From contig JAXGJB010000021.1 in assembly GCA_040770465.1 (NCBI GenBank), forward strand, positions 1 to 40,758: a stretch of 40,758 nt of DNA, read 5' to 3'. A program made the position numbers and the translations under genes. This document shows, piece after piece, positions 1 through 10,127 of the stretch. The notes below the pieces were generated by a model that saw only the letters and a list, made by a program, of their open reading frames with translations, had not been told where the DNA came from and searched no databases. The DNA is from Methanothrix sp. GTDB lineage: Archaea > Halobacteriota > Methanosarcinia > Methanotrichales > Methanotrichaceae. Position 1 is the stretch's first letter. Every line of letters starts with the position of its first letter.

Positions 1-1
1 A

Positions 2-1462
2 GGTTTCTTGAAGCTGCCGACGAACACCTCGCCTCGCCAGACGACCCCCCTCTTCGAGGCTACCGAGGACTACACCGGGAGCTTCAAGGTTGTGGAGAAG
101 GTCGACGAGTACGGGTCGGCCGTCACATCTGAGAAGGCCGCCTCAGGCTCGGGCCTCGTCGTCGTCGATAAACGGGTCGGCGACAGCCAGAGGAGCTACG
201 AGTCGGGTGCGGGCAGCTACGACTCTGAGGAGCTGATCGAGACCTACACCAACTACATCGCCAAAGACATCAGCGTCGTCAACTCGCCGATGAACCAGAG
301 CCTAACGGGCGACGTCTCGATCAACAGCTCGATGAAGTGGAAGGAGGGTATGTACTCGAAGGTGCCAGAGACGAGCTTCATCGGCGAGGAGTACACCTCG
401 ATAACGGAGATGGACAAGGAGACGGTGGCCAAGGGCCTGAACGAGATGGACACGTTGGCGAACTTCTCAGGGAACGCGAGGTACCGAGCGATCCTCAAGG
501 ACGAGGTCGACTTCGATGAGGCTTACTCCGGAGACTACTCGGTCGAGCGGCGTGTGATGTTCTCCGGGACGGCTAAGTACGACCGTCCCCACCTGAACGT
601 CACCAAGACCCTCGACGGCATCTCCGAGGAGAAGGAAGATTGTGATGCAGGAAACTGCAGCAAGACGAAGTACATAGCGACCTACACCATAACAATCGAG
701 AACGACGGGAACGCCGCTCTGGGCCCGATCGAGGTGAAGGACTTCTTCCCGCCGGGTGCGGTCTTCGATGAGCCGTCGTCGCTCCGACCGACTGAGTTGA
801 CGGAGACGAGCGCCAACTGGACTCTGACCCACCTTGCGATAGGCGACGTGGCGACGATCACTCTGAAGCTTGACGTGGCGAAGTACTACCCCGAGGAGCT
901 GGTTAATAGAGTCGAGGTCTGCGGCGGTTACGGCGACGGTTGGGTCTGCGCCTCGAACTTCAGCGCGCTCGAGCTGAACTGGCTCAGCTGCTGTCTTGAC
1001 GAGCCGGTCTCGGCGACGAAGACGGCGGAGGTCGACGACGCTGACCCTGACGTTGTCTGGTACAGGATCGATATCATGAACCGCGACAACGTCACCCGTG
1101 CGGCGACTGTGACCGATCATCTCCCCGAGGGGATGGTTCTGCTCGACAGCATGGTCCCCTTCGCATCTTACAACGGCAGCACCATCACCTGGAACCTGAT
1201 CGATATCGGGCCGTTTGAGACGGTGACGATCCCCTATCGTGTCAGCGCCCAGCATCCCGGAAGGTTCGTCAACTCCGTATTGGTCGACGCCAGATCTGTC
1301 GACGGTCCCGTTGTTCAGCCGATCCGGGCGAGCTCGACGGTCGAGGTCGGCGAGCCTTCGGAGTGCGAGTCCACAGCCTGCGGGCTGTGGAGCCCGCCCA
1401 ACTGGGAGTTCGAGTACGTCGGAAGCTATTCGGGCGACTTGACCTGCGCGGATCTGAGCTGA
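2..1462 (+). CDS. 3' part of giant secreted surface protein, cassette copy 1 (5' end lies outside the window)
   Basis: Frame is open from the window edge. Nearly identical to the C-termini of 3586..8982 and 11106..18551, with two DUF11-like domains (LNVTK...YTITIEN.G, V.D.LP.G) and the end WSPPNWEFEYVGSYSGDLTCADLS. Confidence 0.9.
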   Translation, partial: GFLKLPTNTSPRQTTPLFEATEDYTGSFKVVEKVDEYGSAVTSEKAASGSGLVVVDKRVGDSQRSYESGAGSYDSEELIETYTNYIAKDISVVNSPMNQSLTGDVSINSSMKWKEGMYSKVPETSFIGEEYTSITEMDKETVAKGLNEMDTLANFSGNARYRAILKDEVDFDEAYSGDYSVERRVMFSGTAKYDRPHLNVTKTLDGISEEKEDCDAGNCSKTKYIATYTITIENDGNAALGPIEVKDFFPPGAVFDEPSSLRPTELTETSANWTLTHLAIGDVATITLKLDVAKYYPEELVNRVEVCGGYGDGWVCASNFSALELNWLSCCLDEPVSATKTAEVDDADPDVVWYRIDIMNRDNVTRAATVTDHLPEGMVLLDSMVPFASYNGSTITWNLIDIGPFETVTIPYRVSAQHPGRFVNSVLVDARSVDGPVVQPIRASSTVEVGEPSECESTACGLWSPPNWEFEYVGSYSGDLTCADLS

Positions 1463-1492
1463 ATGATCTGAGCTGAACCGAGGGAGGATTCT

Positions 1493-1533
1493 GCCCCGCG
1501 GCCTCGAACGAGGGCGGGGCCTTTACATATTTC
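1493..1533 (+). terminator. Hairpin plus T-rich tract after giant gene copy 1
   Basis: gccccgc-gg-cctc-gaac-gagg-gcggggc followed by ctttacatattt; the same hairpin follows all three copies. Confidence 0.55.
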
Positions 1534-1974
1534 ATCCAAATCCCGTCAAAATCAGAACTTCCCGAGATCTCTTTCCTCGGGCGCAGGGTCTCTGGATAGA
1601 AAAAGATGCATCATCTATCGGGATGGTCCGCTCTGGAACGTCTTCATCACAGATCCACTGCTGGTCGTTTTGGATCTCATCGGGGGCAATGACTGCCAAG
1701 GGAGATCATAGTTCCGGAGAACCTCATAAAACTTCCACCGCAAAACTTGAAAGGCAACGATGGGTCGCCTATCTGAGCCAGGTCCAAACCGCTCTCTATG
1801 TCCTCCTCCTCCTCCCGCCTTAGACTCAACCACCTTCCGCGCATCCCGGGGATGCTGTCCGGAAGAATTTCATCCCGGAATGGAGGGATCTTCTGTCCAT
1901 CTGAGCCAATGTAGGATAAGACGGTGAAGAGTCTCACGACCTTGGACCAATTCCAAGGGATGATGCCATAAAGG

Positions 1975-2315
1975 ACAGATTCAAAAAAGATACAATTTAA
2001 TCATAATTTTATATAGTATTAAATACAAATAGAATCGGATCGTATCTCAGATTTATAAACAATCGGCCAGCTCGACGCAGATTTAAAGATTAAAAAGAAA
2101 AATATTAATTTTAAATTTTTGTTTTTCAGAATGGCAAGGTCTTGAAACTGCCTCATTATCGATATGCTTATATCGAATTCCTATATTTCTACCTACGGAC
2201 TGTTATAAAACGAATATCAAATCATTATACTATAATTAATCTTGAAATCGACGTGCACCTACATCTTTCAGCAGAAAGGTACATATAGCCAATATCTCCC
2301 AAACAAGTTAATAGA
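1975..2315 (+). promoter_or_regulatory. AT-rich promoter region of cassette 2
   Basis: Very AT-rich island in GC-rich DNA with several TTTATA/TTATA boxes upstream of the co-directional ORF chain; exact TATA box not resolved. Confidence 0.5.
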
Positions 2316-2333
2316 GATTGTTGAGGGAGGGAG

Positions 2334-2607
2334 ACGGTCTATTTCGCGGTCCATCTCATCTTATTATTCGACTGCCATCCGTCTGGCAGTCTCCAGAAGC
2401 TTGGAGACGGGCATCTGCCAGCTTGGGCGCTCTCTCACCCCAGGAGATCAAAATAGTAATCAAGGCGGCAGACAAAATATGAATTCATGTAATTTTATGT
2501 TAATGTTGATCGGCAGCCACATATTCACGGCTTCAGGCTCGGCAGAGCCTCAGGTCTGCGTGACCTGCACATACGAGCCCCATTTCTCCGGAGAGGCGGG
2601 TGTTTGA
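2334..2607 (+). pseudogene. Probable decayed paralog of the 215-aa secreted domain
   Basis: GGAGGG then ACG-VYFAVHLILLF (signal-peptide-like). The 3' end reads SAEPQVCVTCTYEP, matching SADSRLCVTYTY and SEMCVKYTY. Its stop overlaps the next start. Confidence 0.45.
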
Positions 2608-3251
2608 TGATGACTCATAGAATTTCACTGCTCTTGCTTTTTGCTCTCGCAACGATCGCCGGCCCATCAGCGGCTTCGATGGCGTATGAGGACTGCAGCT
2701 ACGTCTCCGAGAGGACCCTCAATTTCGACCCCCCTCAGATCCATGTAATTGATCTATTCGATCCGGATCTGGGAGACCTCGTCCGGGTCGACGTCAACCT
2801 CAGCGTCAACTGGTCAGAGAGCATCAGCTACCACAACCGGGACTCTTACGCCAAGGACGTCAATACCACCACGGATCTGAACCTTTTCGTGCAGATGCCC
2901 GACGGGTCGGATCTCGGTACAAACTATACCGATCTCGTTCTTCACAACGTCTCGGCTTATAACGGCACCAACCCCCTCACCTTCGCCCCTCCCGAGGGTT
3001 TCGATTACGAGCAGACGGCTTTCACCTGGGCCACCATCAGCTTCACCGATGATGAAGATCTGAAGGCCTTCACATCGGGGGAAGATGACGATACGATGGA
3101 GCTATCCATATCCACAGAGAGCATCGTCAAATGCGACGACCGGGGTAACAGAGCCTTTTCCGTCCTCACCTCTGCGGACAGCCGCCTTTGCGTCACGTAC
3201 ACTTACAACGCCTCTACGACGATGGCATCGGCGTCAGGGGGGTCCATATGA
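2607..3251 (+). CDS. Secreted ~215-aa protein, choice-of-anchor E-like domain
   Basis: Signal peptide (HRISLLLLFALATIAGPSAA), LFDPDLGDLVRV motif, C-terminal CVTYTY; paralogous to the N-terminal domain of the giant proteins. Start could be 2604 (TTG), 2607 or 2610. Confidence 0.8.
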   Translation: MMTHRISLLLLFALATIAGPSAASMAYEDCSYVSERTLNFDPPQIHVIDLFDPDLGDLVRVDVNLSVNWSESISYHNRDSYAKDVNTTTDLNLFVQMPDGSDLGTNYTDLVLHNVSAYNGTNPLTFAPPEGFDYEQTAFTWATISFTDDEDLKAFTSGEDDDTMELSISTESIVKCDDRGNRAFSVLTSADSRLCVTYTYNASTTMASASGGSI

Positions 3252-3589
3252 TGAGTGCAGTTCCTTCGGCATATCCCGATACCGACTTCGATCTCGATCC
3301 CTCATCCGTCCCGGATAGTGCGGGCGGGGTTCGGCATCTTTGCGGGTCCATCCCGGTCGGTGCCCCGGGTCGTGAATTCATTCTGTGGTTGAGGTCCCGG
3401 AGGTCGGAGGCCGGCTTCTCGGATCGATCCAACGCGGAGGCCCCTTCGGAGGCCTCACCACATTATGATGATAAATATTCAAGATGTATAACGGGGGCAT
3501 CAGGCGATTCCTGGGCCACCATATCTCATGTTCGTGTTACTGACGTTCGTGTTACAGACGTTCCTGAATCCGGTGGTGATTTGCGATGA
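3248..3589 (+). CDS. 113-aa ORF of unknown function, possibly a degenerate paralog or translational-coupling linker
   Basis: ATGA overlaps at both ends (3248-3251 and 3586-3589); stays open in both cassette copies; carries GGTGGTGA RBS for the giant gene. Confidence 0.4.
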   Translation: MMSAVPSAYPDTDFDLDPSSVPDSAGGVRHLCGSIPVGAPGREFILWLRSRRSEAGFSDRSNAEAPSEASPHYDDKYSRCITGASGDSWATISHVRVTDVRVTDVPESGGDLR

Positions 3590-6500
3590 ATCTGACAAGA
3601 TTGTTTCTCGCGATTTTGCTCCTCCTGCTGTTGGTGGGGCAGTCGTCGGCAGCGCTGAGGGAAGTGGTCGACTGCAGCGTATCCCAGAACGAAACGCTCG
3701 TTTATACTCCCGCACAGAATCACGTAGTTGACCTCTTCGACCCCGATCTGGGGACCCTCGTCCAGGTCGATGTCAACCTCAGCATGGACTCGACCTACTT
3801 TATAAAGTATCAAAACCAGAACAATGCCCCCAAGAATGTCATGATCACATTGGACTACGGCCTCGGCATCACCATGCCCAGCGGGTCGGTTCTGGGGGTG
3901 GACTTCTATAACGTCAGCACCCATAGCGTTTTGGCTCTTACTAATCCGGAATACACTTTTAAGCCACCCGACGGCTTCAACTTTACGGGTCAGAACTTCA
4001 CCAACGTCTCCATCAGCTACACCGACTGTGCCAACCTGTCGGCATTCACGGCGACGTTCAATGGTGAGACGAAGACCTTCCCGATCGCGACCTTTAATTT
4101 TGTAGTCAGCAACGACACCAGCGCCAGAATTGAGGATTATGTGGTTTATGCCCTATCAGAGATGTGCGTCAAGTACACCTATGATGATGAGAAGCTGAAG
4201 ATCACCAAGACGGGGAACACCTCGGGCCCCGCCAAATTCGGAGAAGAGATCAAGTATGAGATCGAGGTCTGCAACCCCACAACCATCACCGTCTACAACG
4301 TCAACGTATACGACAGCCTCCTTTCTGGAAGCCCGTTCTTCCTGGGGACGCTTGCTCCGACAGACTGCAGGAACGTCACCGCCTCCCTGAACTACACGGT
4401 GACCGAGGACGACGTCTGTCGCGGCTGGATCAACAACACCGCCAACGCGACCGGTGAGGACGTCTGCGGCTCCGTAATCGAGACCGATAAGAACGCCACC
4501 TGGAACGTGAGCACGAGCTACAACGCCTCGATGAACATCACCAAGACGGCGAACACCTCGGGACCTGTCTCATACGGCGATATCATCACGTATACGATCA
4601 ACGTCACCAACACAGGAGACGTCGACCTGACCGGGGTCAAAGTTGTTGACGATCTCTTGAGACCCTCGGGCTGGCCGATGATCAAGCTTGTGCCCGGCGA
4701 GAGTTATAACTATATAATCCAATACCAGGTCAAGTTGCAAGACGTCACCAGGGGCTTCATCGTCAACAACGCCACGGCCAACGGAACCGATCCTTGCAGC
4801 GGAGCTGTGGGGCCGGTGGAGGCCAACGTTACACTCGACGTGAACAAATTCTGCATCTCGGGCAAAAAGGTCATCAACTGCTTCCAGGCCGACCTCTCAG
4901 GCTGGAATATCACCCTGTACGACGCAAGTGGAACCACGCTTCTGAACTGGACCCTGACCAACACCACCGGGTACTACGAGTTCTGCGGCCTCGATCCTGG
5001 CGACTACATAGTCTGCGAGACGGCCAGGCCCGACTACACCAACGTCACCGACTCCTGCGTCAAAGTCGGTCTGCACGATAACGAGACCGGCATTGACTTC
5101 GAGAACGATCCCCTCCTCTGCATCTCAGGCCACAAGATCATCCACTGCGTCCAGGCCGACCTCTCGGGTTGGAATATCACCCTGTACGACGCCGGTGGAA
5201 GGCTGCTGGACTGGAACCTGACCGACGCCACCGGGTACTACGAGTTCTGCGGCCTCAAACGAGGCAGCTACAGAGTCTGCGAGGAGGTCAAGAACGGCTA
5301 CACCAACGTCAGCGACACTTGCAAAAACGTGACCCTCAACGGCTGCGTTAACGTGACCGGCATCGACTTCGAGAACGATCCCCTCCTCTGCATCTCAGGC
5401 CACAAGATCATCGTCAACTGCCCCAATGCCGATCGATCTGGCTGGAATATAACCCTGTACGACGCCGGTGGAAAGCTGCTGGACTGGAACCTGACCGACG
5501 CCACCGGGTACTATAAGTTCTGCGGCCTCAAACGAGGCGACTACAGAGTCTGCGAGGAGGTCAAGAACGGCTACACCAACGTCAGCGACACTTGCAGAGA
5601 TGTGCCCCTCAACGGCTGCGTTAACGTGACTGGCATCGACTTCGAGAACGAGCCTCTCCTCTGCATATCGGGCCACAAGATCATCAACCATGCCGGAGCC
5701 GACCTCTCTGACTGGAATATCACCCTGTACGACGCCGGTGGAAAGCTGCTGGACTGGAACCTGACCAACGCCACCGGATACTACTCGTTCTGCGGCCTTG
5801 TCCCCGGCAGCTACAGAGTCTGCGAGACGGCTCGGCTCGGCTACATCAACGTCACCGACGCTTGCGAAGATGTGACCCTCATCTGCAATAATGCGATCGT
5901 CGACTTCGAGAACCAGCCCCACCTTACCTGCATCGGCGGCTACAAGCTCGACACCTTCGGCAAGGGGCTCGAGGGCTGGACGATCTTCGTCGATTATAAC
6001 AACAGCGGGACCCTGGACCCAGGCGAACCGTACAACGTCACCGATGCCAACGGACGCTGGCGGATCTGTGACCTGGTGGTGGGAAGCAATGTCAACCTCA
6101 CTGAGGTCCTCAAGGCCGGGTGGAAGCCCGTGGACCCGGCCGGCGGCTGTCAGCAGGTAACGGTCCGAGCCAACGATACCGACGACTACAACTTCACCAA
6201 CGAGCCTTACGACCTCTGCATTTCAGGGTACAAGATCAACAACTGCACCGGCGGTACGATTCCAGGCTGGACGGTCTCCCTTTACAACGAAACGGGTGAC
6301 TGGATAAAGAACGCCACGACCGACGCCGACGGGTGGTACGCCTTCACCGGCCTCAGTCCAGGCAACTACACCGTCTGCGAAGACCTCCCGGCTGGGTGGA
6401 CGAACGTCAGCGAGAGATGCATCGACGTCCCTCTCGGAGTGATCAACGTCTCGGACCAGAACTTCACCAACGATCCGCCGGGCTGCATATTTGGGCGCAA

Positions 6501-8982
6501 GCTCGACTTCACAAACAACAAAGGCCTTGAAGGCTGGACGATGGTCCTCAAGAACGCCACAGGAGGAAAGCTCGACGAGAAGAAGACCGACGCTGACGGC
6601 AGGTACTGGTTCTGCGGCCTTGTTCCCGGCGACTACACCGTCTGCGAAGTCCCCCAGTCGGGGTGGACGAACGTGACGCCCATCTGCCAGAACGTCACCC
6701 TCCTTCCCTGCGGTGGAGCGGCCCTGGACTTCATCAACGACCCGAGGAACAACCTCACCATCACCAAGGAGGCTGACAAATACGAAGTCCAGGAGTGTGA
6801 ACTGGTGAACTACACCATCCGTGTCTGTAACGGCGGCGGAGCTTCGGTCGGAAACGTCACCGTCTGGGACATCTTCAACAGGTACGTCGAGATCCTCTCG
6901 ATGTCACCGGCTCCCGGCCCCGACGACAAGTGGCACTTCGCCTCGATCCCGGCAGGCGAATGCGCCGTGATAACGATCAGGATCAAAGTGCCCGAACGTC
7001 AGGACTTCGAGTTCGGGATGGAACAGGGCGTCAGCGGCGAAGGTTTCGTCAACGTCGCCAACGACTACAGCACGACCTTCGAAGAGTACCTGATCAAGAA
7101 CTGCGCCTACGCCACCAGCGACTGGAACGTCGACCCCATCTCGTCTTGCATCTGCGTGACTGTTGGAGCCGATATGGGCACCGAGCTTGAGACCCGCGAG
7201 TACGGAAGCGGCCGCTACGACAGCGAAGAGAAGGTCGACGTCTACACCGAGAACAAGTCGATCGAGTGGGAGGAGGACGTCTCAGCCGGCTACAATCCCA
7301 CGACCCTGACTTTGTACAACAACCGGACCGTCTCCTACGACTCGGCCTGGGTCAAGAAGGCTCGGGCGAAGAACTACGTCACAGGGGCCTCTATGTCCGA
7401 GACCTACCACGACGCCGCATGGCTCGACCGTGAGTCGAGGATCTTCCTCGACGAGAACGAGTCGGTTATGGCGGTCGAGAGCGAGTTCGACGGCCGGGGC
7501 CACATCGGTTTCCTCAAACTGCCGACGAACACCTCGCCTCGCCAGACGACCCCCCTCTTCGAGGCGACCGAGGACTACACCGGGAGCTTCAAGGTGGTGG
7601 AGAAGATCGACGAGTACGGGTCGGCCGTCACCTCTGAGAAGGCCGCGTCGGGTTCGGGGCTGGTGGTCGTCGATAAGAGGGTCGGCGAGAGCCAGAGGAG
7701 CTACGAGTCGGGTGCGGGCAGCTACGACTCTGAGGAGCTGATCGAGACCTACACGAGCTACATCGCCAAAGACATCAGCGTCGTCAACTCGCCGATGAAC
7801 CAGAGCCTAACGGGCGACGTCTCGATCAACAGCTCGATGAAGTGGAAGGAGGGGATCTATTCGAAGGTACCAGAGACGAGCTTCATCGGCGAGGAGTACA
7901 CATCGATAACGGAGCTTGACAAGGAGACGGTGGCCAGGGGCTTGAACGAGATGGACACGTTGGCGAACTTCTCCGGGCAGGCGAGGTACCGAGCGATCCT
8001 GAAGGACGAGGTCGACATTGATGAGGCTTACTCCGGAGACTACTCGGTCGAGCGGCGGGTGATGTTCATCGGGACTGCTAAGTACGACCGGCCCCACCTG
8101 AACGTCACCAAGACGTTGGACGGGATCGTCGAGGAGACGGAGCCGTGGGGTTACAACGAGACCCATCTGCCGGGCGAGGTGAAGAAGAGAACGGTTGCGA
8201 CTTACACCATATCAATCGAGAACGACGGGAACACAGCACTCGGCCCGATATACGTGAGAGACCTCTTCCCGCCGGGAGCGGTCTTCGATGAGCCGTCGTC
8301 GCTCCGACCGACTGAGTTGACGGAGACGAGCACCAACTGGACTCTGACGCACCTTGCGATAGGCGACGTGGCGACGATCACCCTCCGGCTTGACGTGACG
8401 AAGTACTACCCCGAGGAGCTGACCAACAGGGTCGAGGTCTGCGGCGGGTACGGCGATGGTTGGGTCTGCGCCTCGAACTTCAGCTCTATCGAGTTGAACT
8501 GGCTCAGCTGCTGTCTTGACGATCCGGTCTCGGTGACGAAGACGGCGGAGGTCGACGACGCTGACCCTGACGTTGTCTGGTACAGGATCGACATCATGAA
8601 CCGTGACAACGTCACCCGTGCGGCGACTGTGACCGATCACCTCCCCGAGGGGATGGTTCTGCTCGACAGCATGGTCCCCTTCGCATCTTACAACGGCAGC
8701 ACCATCACCTGGAACCTGATCGATATCGGGCCGTTTGAGACGGTGACGATCCCCTATCGTGTCAGCGCCCAGCATCCCGGAAGGTTCGTCAACTCCGTAT
8801 TGGTCGACGCCAGATCTGTCGACGGTCCCGTTGTTCAGCCGATCCGGGCGAGCTCGACGGTCGAGGTCGGCGAGCCTTCGGAGTGCGAGTCCACAGCCTG
8901 CGGGCTGTGGAGCCCGCCCAACTGGGAGTTCGAGTACGTCGGAAGCTATTCGGGCGACTTGACCTGCGCGGATCTGAGCTGA
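3586..8982 (+). CDS. Giant secreted surface glycoprotein, copy 2 (1798 aa): signal peptide, choice-of-anchor E-like domain, 2 DUF11/DUF7507-like, 7 SdrD-B/CnaB-like, conserved C-terminal block
   Basis: Long ORF, signal peptide MNLTRLFLAILLLLLLVGQSSA, CISG.K...Y.VCE...F.N repeats, many N-X-S/T sequons. Confidence 0.9.
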   Translation: MNLTRLFLAILLLLLLVGQSSAALREVVDCSVSQNETLVYTPAQNHVVDLFDPDLGTLVQVDVNLSMDSTYFIKYQNQNNAPKNVMITLDYGLGITMPSGSVLGVDFYNVSTHSVLALTNPEYTFKPPDGFNFTGQNFTNVSISYTDCANLSAFTATFNGETKTFPIATFNFVVSNDTSARIEDYVVYALSEMCVKYTYDDEKLKITKTGNTSGPAKFGEEIKYEIEVCNPTTITVYNVNVYDSLLSGSPFFLGTLAPTDCRNVTASLNYTVTEDDVCRGWINNTANATGEDVCGSVIETDKNATWNVSTSYNASMNITKTANTSGPVSYGDIITYTINVTNTGDVDLTGVKVVDDLLRPSGWPMIKLVPGESYNYIIQYQVKLQDVTRGFIVNNATANGTDPCSGAVGPVEANVTLDVNKFCISGKKVINCFQADLSGWNITLYDASGTTLLNWTLTNTTGYYEFCGLDPGDYIVCETARPDYTNVTDSCVKVGLHDNETGIDFENDPLLCISGHKIIHCVQADLSGWNITLYDAGGRLLDWNLTDATGYYEFCGLKRGSYRVCEEVKNGYTNVSDTCKNVTLNGCVNVTGIDFENDPLLCISGHKIIVNCPNADRSGWNITLYDAGGKLLDWNLTDATGYYKFCGLKRGDYRVCEEVKNGYTNVSDTCRDVPLNGCVNVTGIDFENEPLLCISGHKIINHAGADLSDWNITLYDAGGKLLDWNLTNATGYYSFCGLVPGSYRVCETARLGYINVTDACEDVTLICNNAIVDFENQPHLTCIGGYKLDTFGKGLEGWTIFVDYNNSGTLDPGEPYNVTDANGRWRICDLVVGSNVNLTEVLKAGWKPVDPAGGCQQVTVRANDTDDYNFTNEPYDLCISGYKINNCTGGTIPGWTVSLYNETGDWIKNATTDADGWYAFTGLSPGNYTVCEDLPAGWTNVSERCIDVPLGVINVSDQNFTNDPPGCIFGRKLDFTNNKGLEGWTMVLKNATGGKLDEKKTDADGRYWFCGLVPGDYTVCEVPQSGWTNVTPICQNVTLLPCGGAALDFINDPRNNLTITKEADKYEVQECELVNYTIRVCNGGGASVGNVTVWDIFNRYVEILSMSPAPGPDDKWHFASIPAGECAVITIRIKVPERQDFEFGMEQGVSGEGFVNVANDYSTTFEEYLIKNCAYATSDWNVDPISSCICVTVGADMGTELETREYGSGRYDSEEKVDVYTENKSIEWEEDVSAGYNPTTLTLYNNRTVSYDSAWVKKARAKNYVTGASMSETYHDAAWLDRESRIFLDENESVMAVESEFDGRGHIGFLKLPTNTSPRQTTPLFEATEDYTGSFKVVEKIDEYGSAVTSEKAASGSGLVVVDKRVGESQRSYESGAGSYDSEELIETYTSYIAKDISVVNSPMNQSLTGDVSINSSMKWKEGIYSKVPETSFIGEEYTSITELDKETVARGLNEMDTLANFSGQARYRAILKDEVDIDEAYSGDYSVERRVMFIGTAKYDRPHLNVTKTLDGIVEETEPWGYNETHLPGEVKKRTVATYTISIENDGNTALGPIYVRDLFPPGAVFDEPSSLRPTELTETSTNWTLTHLAIGDVATITLRLDVTKYYPEELTNRVEVCGGYGDGWVCASNFSSIELNWLSCCLDDPVSVTKTAEVDDADPDVVWYRIDIMNRDNVTRAATVTDHLPEGMVLLDSMVPFASYNGSTITWNLIDIGPFETVTIPYRVSAQHPGRFVNSVLVDARSVDGPVVQPIRASSTVEVGEPSECESTACGLWSPPNWEFEYVGSYSGDLTCADLS
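4852..6740 (+). repeat. Seven ~90-aa SdrD-B/CnaB-like coding repeats
   Basis: Repeat starts (CIxGxK) at 4852, 5119, 5389, 5662, 5929, 6217, 6484; the first four are highly similar in DNA. Confidence 0.85.
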
Positions 8983-9012
8983 ATGATCTGAGCTGAACCG
9001 AGGGAGGATTCT

Positions 9013-9053
9013 GCCCCGCGGCCTCGAACGAGGGCGGGGCCTTTACATATTTC
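9013..9053 (+). terminator. Hairpin plus T-rich tract after giant gene copy 2
   Basis: Identical to 1493-1533. Confidence 0.55.
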
Positions 9054-9489
9054 ATCCAAATCCCGTCAAAATCAGAACTTCCCGAGATCTCTTTCCTCGG
9101 GCGCAGGGTCTCTGGATAGAAAAAGATGCATCATCTATCGGGATGGTCCGCTCTGGAACGTCTTCATCACAGATCCACTGCTGGTCGTTTTGGATCTCAT
9201 CGGGGGCAATGACTGCCAAGGTAGATCATAGTTCCGGAGAACCTCATAAGACTTCCACAGCAAAACTTGAAAGGCAACGATGGGCCGCCTATCAGAGCCA
9301 GGTCCATCACCGCCCTCTATGTCGCCCTCCTCCCGCCTTAGACTCAACCCCCCACCGCGCATCCTGGTGGTGCTGTCCTGAAAAATTTCATCCCGGAATG
9401 GGGGGGATCTTCTGTCCATCTGAGCCAACGTAGGATGAGATGACGAAGAGCCTCACAACCTGGGATCGACCTCAAGAGATGATACCATC

Positions 9490-9840
9490 AAAAAAGGGTT
9501 CAACCATATTATCATTCAATCATAATTTTATGTAGTGTCAAATACAATTGAATCTGATCAGCTCTCAGATTTATAAACAATAGGCCGTCACGACGCCGGA
9601 TTTACAATTAAATAAGAAAAATATTAATTTTAATTTTTGTTTTTTGGAAAATATCCGGTCTTGTAACAGTCTCGTTATCGATATGCTTATATCAAATATT
9701 CATATTTTTATATACTAAGTATCAATAAAATGACTATTAAAGCATTAGATTATAATTAATTCTGACATCGGCGAGCACCCCTATCTTTCAGTAGAAAGGT
9801 ACATATAGCCAATCTCTCCCAAATAAGTTAATAGAAATAG
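9490..9840 (+). promoter_or_regulatory. AT-rich promoter region of cassette 3
   Basis: Diverged homolog of 1975-2315. Confidence 0.5.
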
Positions 9841-9853
9841 TCGAGGGAGGGAG

Positions 9854-10127
9854 ACGGTCTATTTCGCGGTCCATCTCATCTTATAATTCAAGTGCCATCC
9901 GTCTGGCAGTATACAGAAGCTTGGAGACGTGGATTCACCAGCTTGGGCTGTATCTCTCCCCAGGATATCAAAATAGTAATCAAGGCGGCAGACAAAATAT
10001 GAATTCATGTAATTTTATGTTAATGTTGATCGGCAGCCACATATTCACGGCTTCAGGCTCGGCAGAGCCTCAGGTCTGCGTGACCTGCACATACGAGCCC
10101 CATTTCTCCGGAGAGGCGGGTGTTTGA
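9854..10127 (+). pseudogene. Probable decayed paralog (copy of 2334..2607)
   Basis: Same ACG-VYFAVHLIL start and identical QVCVTCTYEP end. Confidence 0.45.

Larger units (their letters stand above)
1521..9040 (+). repeat. Tandem cassette unit 2 (7520 bp)
   Basis: Stops at 1462 and 8982 and the downstream sequences align at offset 7520; the 2604 and 10124 ORFs are also 7520 apart. Confidence 0.9.

Noticed and set aside
1521-1937. Short ORFs or an IS/MITE in the duplicated region after the giant gene
   Set aside because: Frames are broken by indels between the two copies; no transposase motif or terminal inverted repeats recognised; origin unresolved.
2369-2408. Overlapping hairpins suggesting an RNA switch in the cassette leader
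   Set aside because: Pairing is disrupted without compensation in the second copy (9889-9928).
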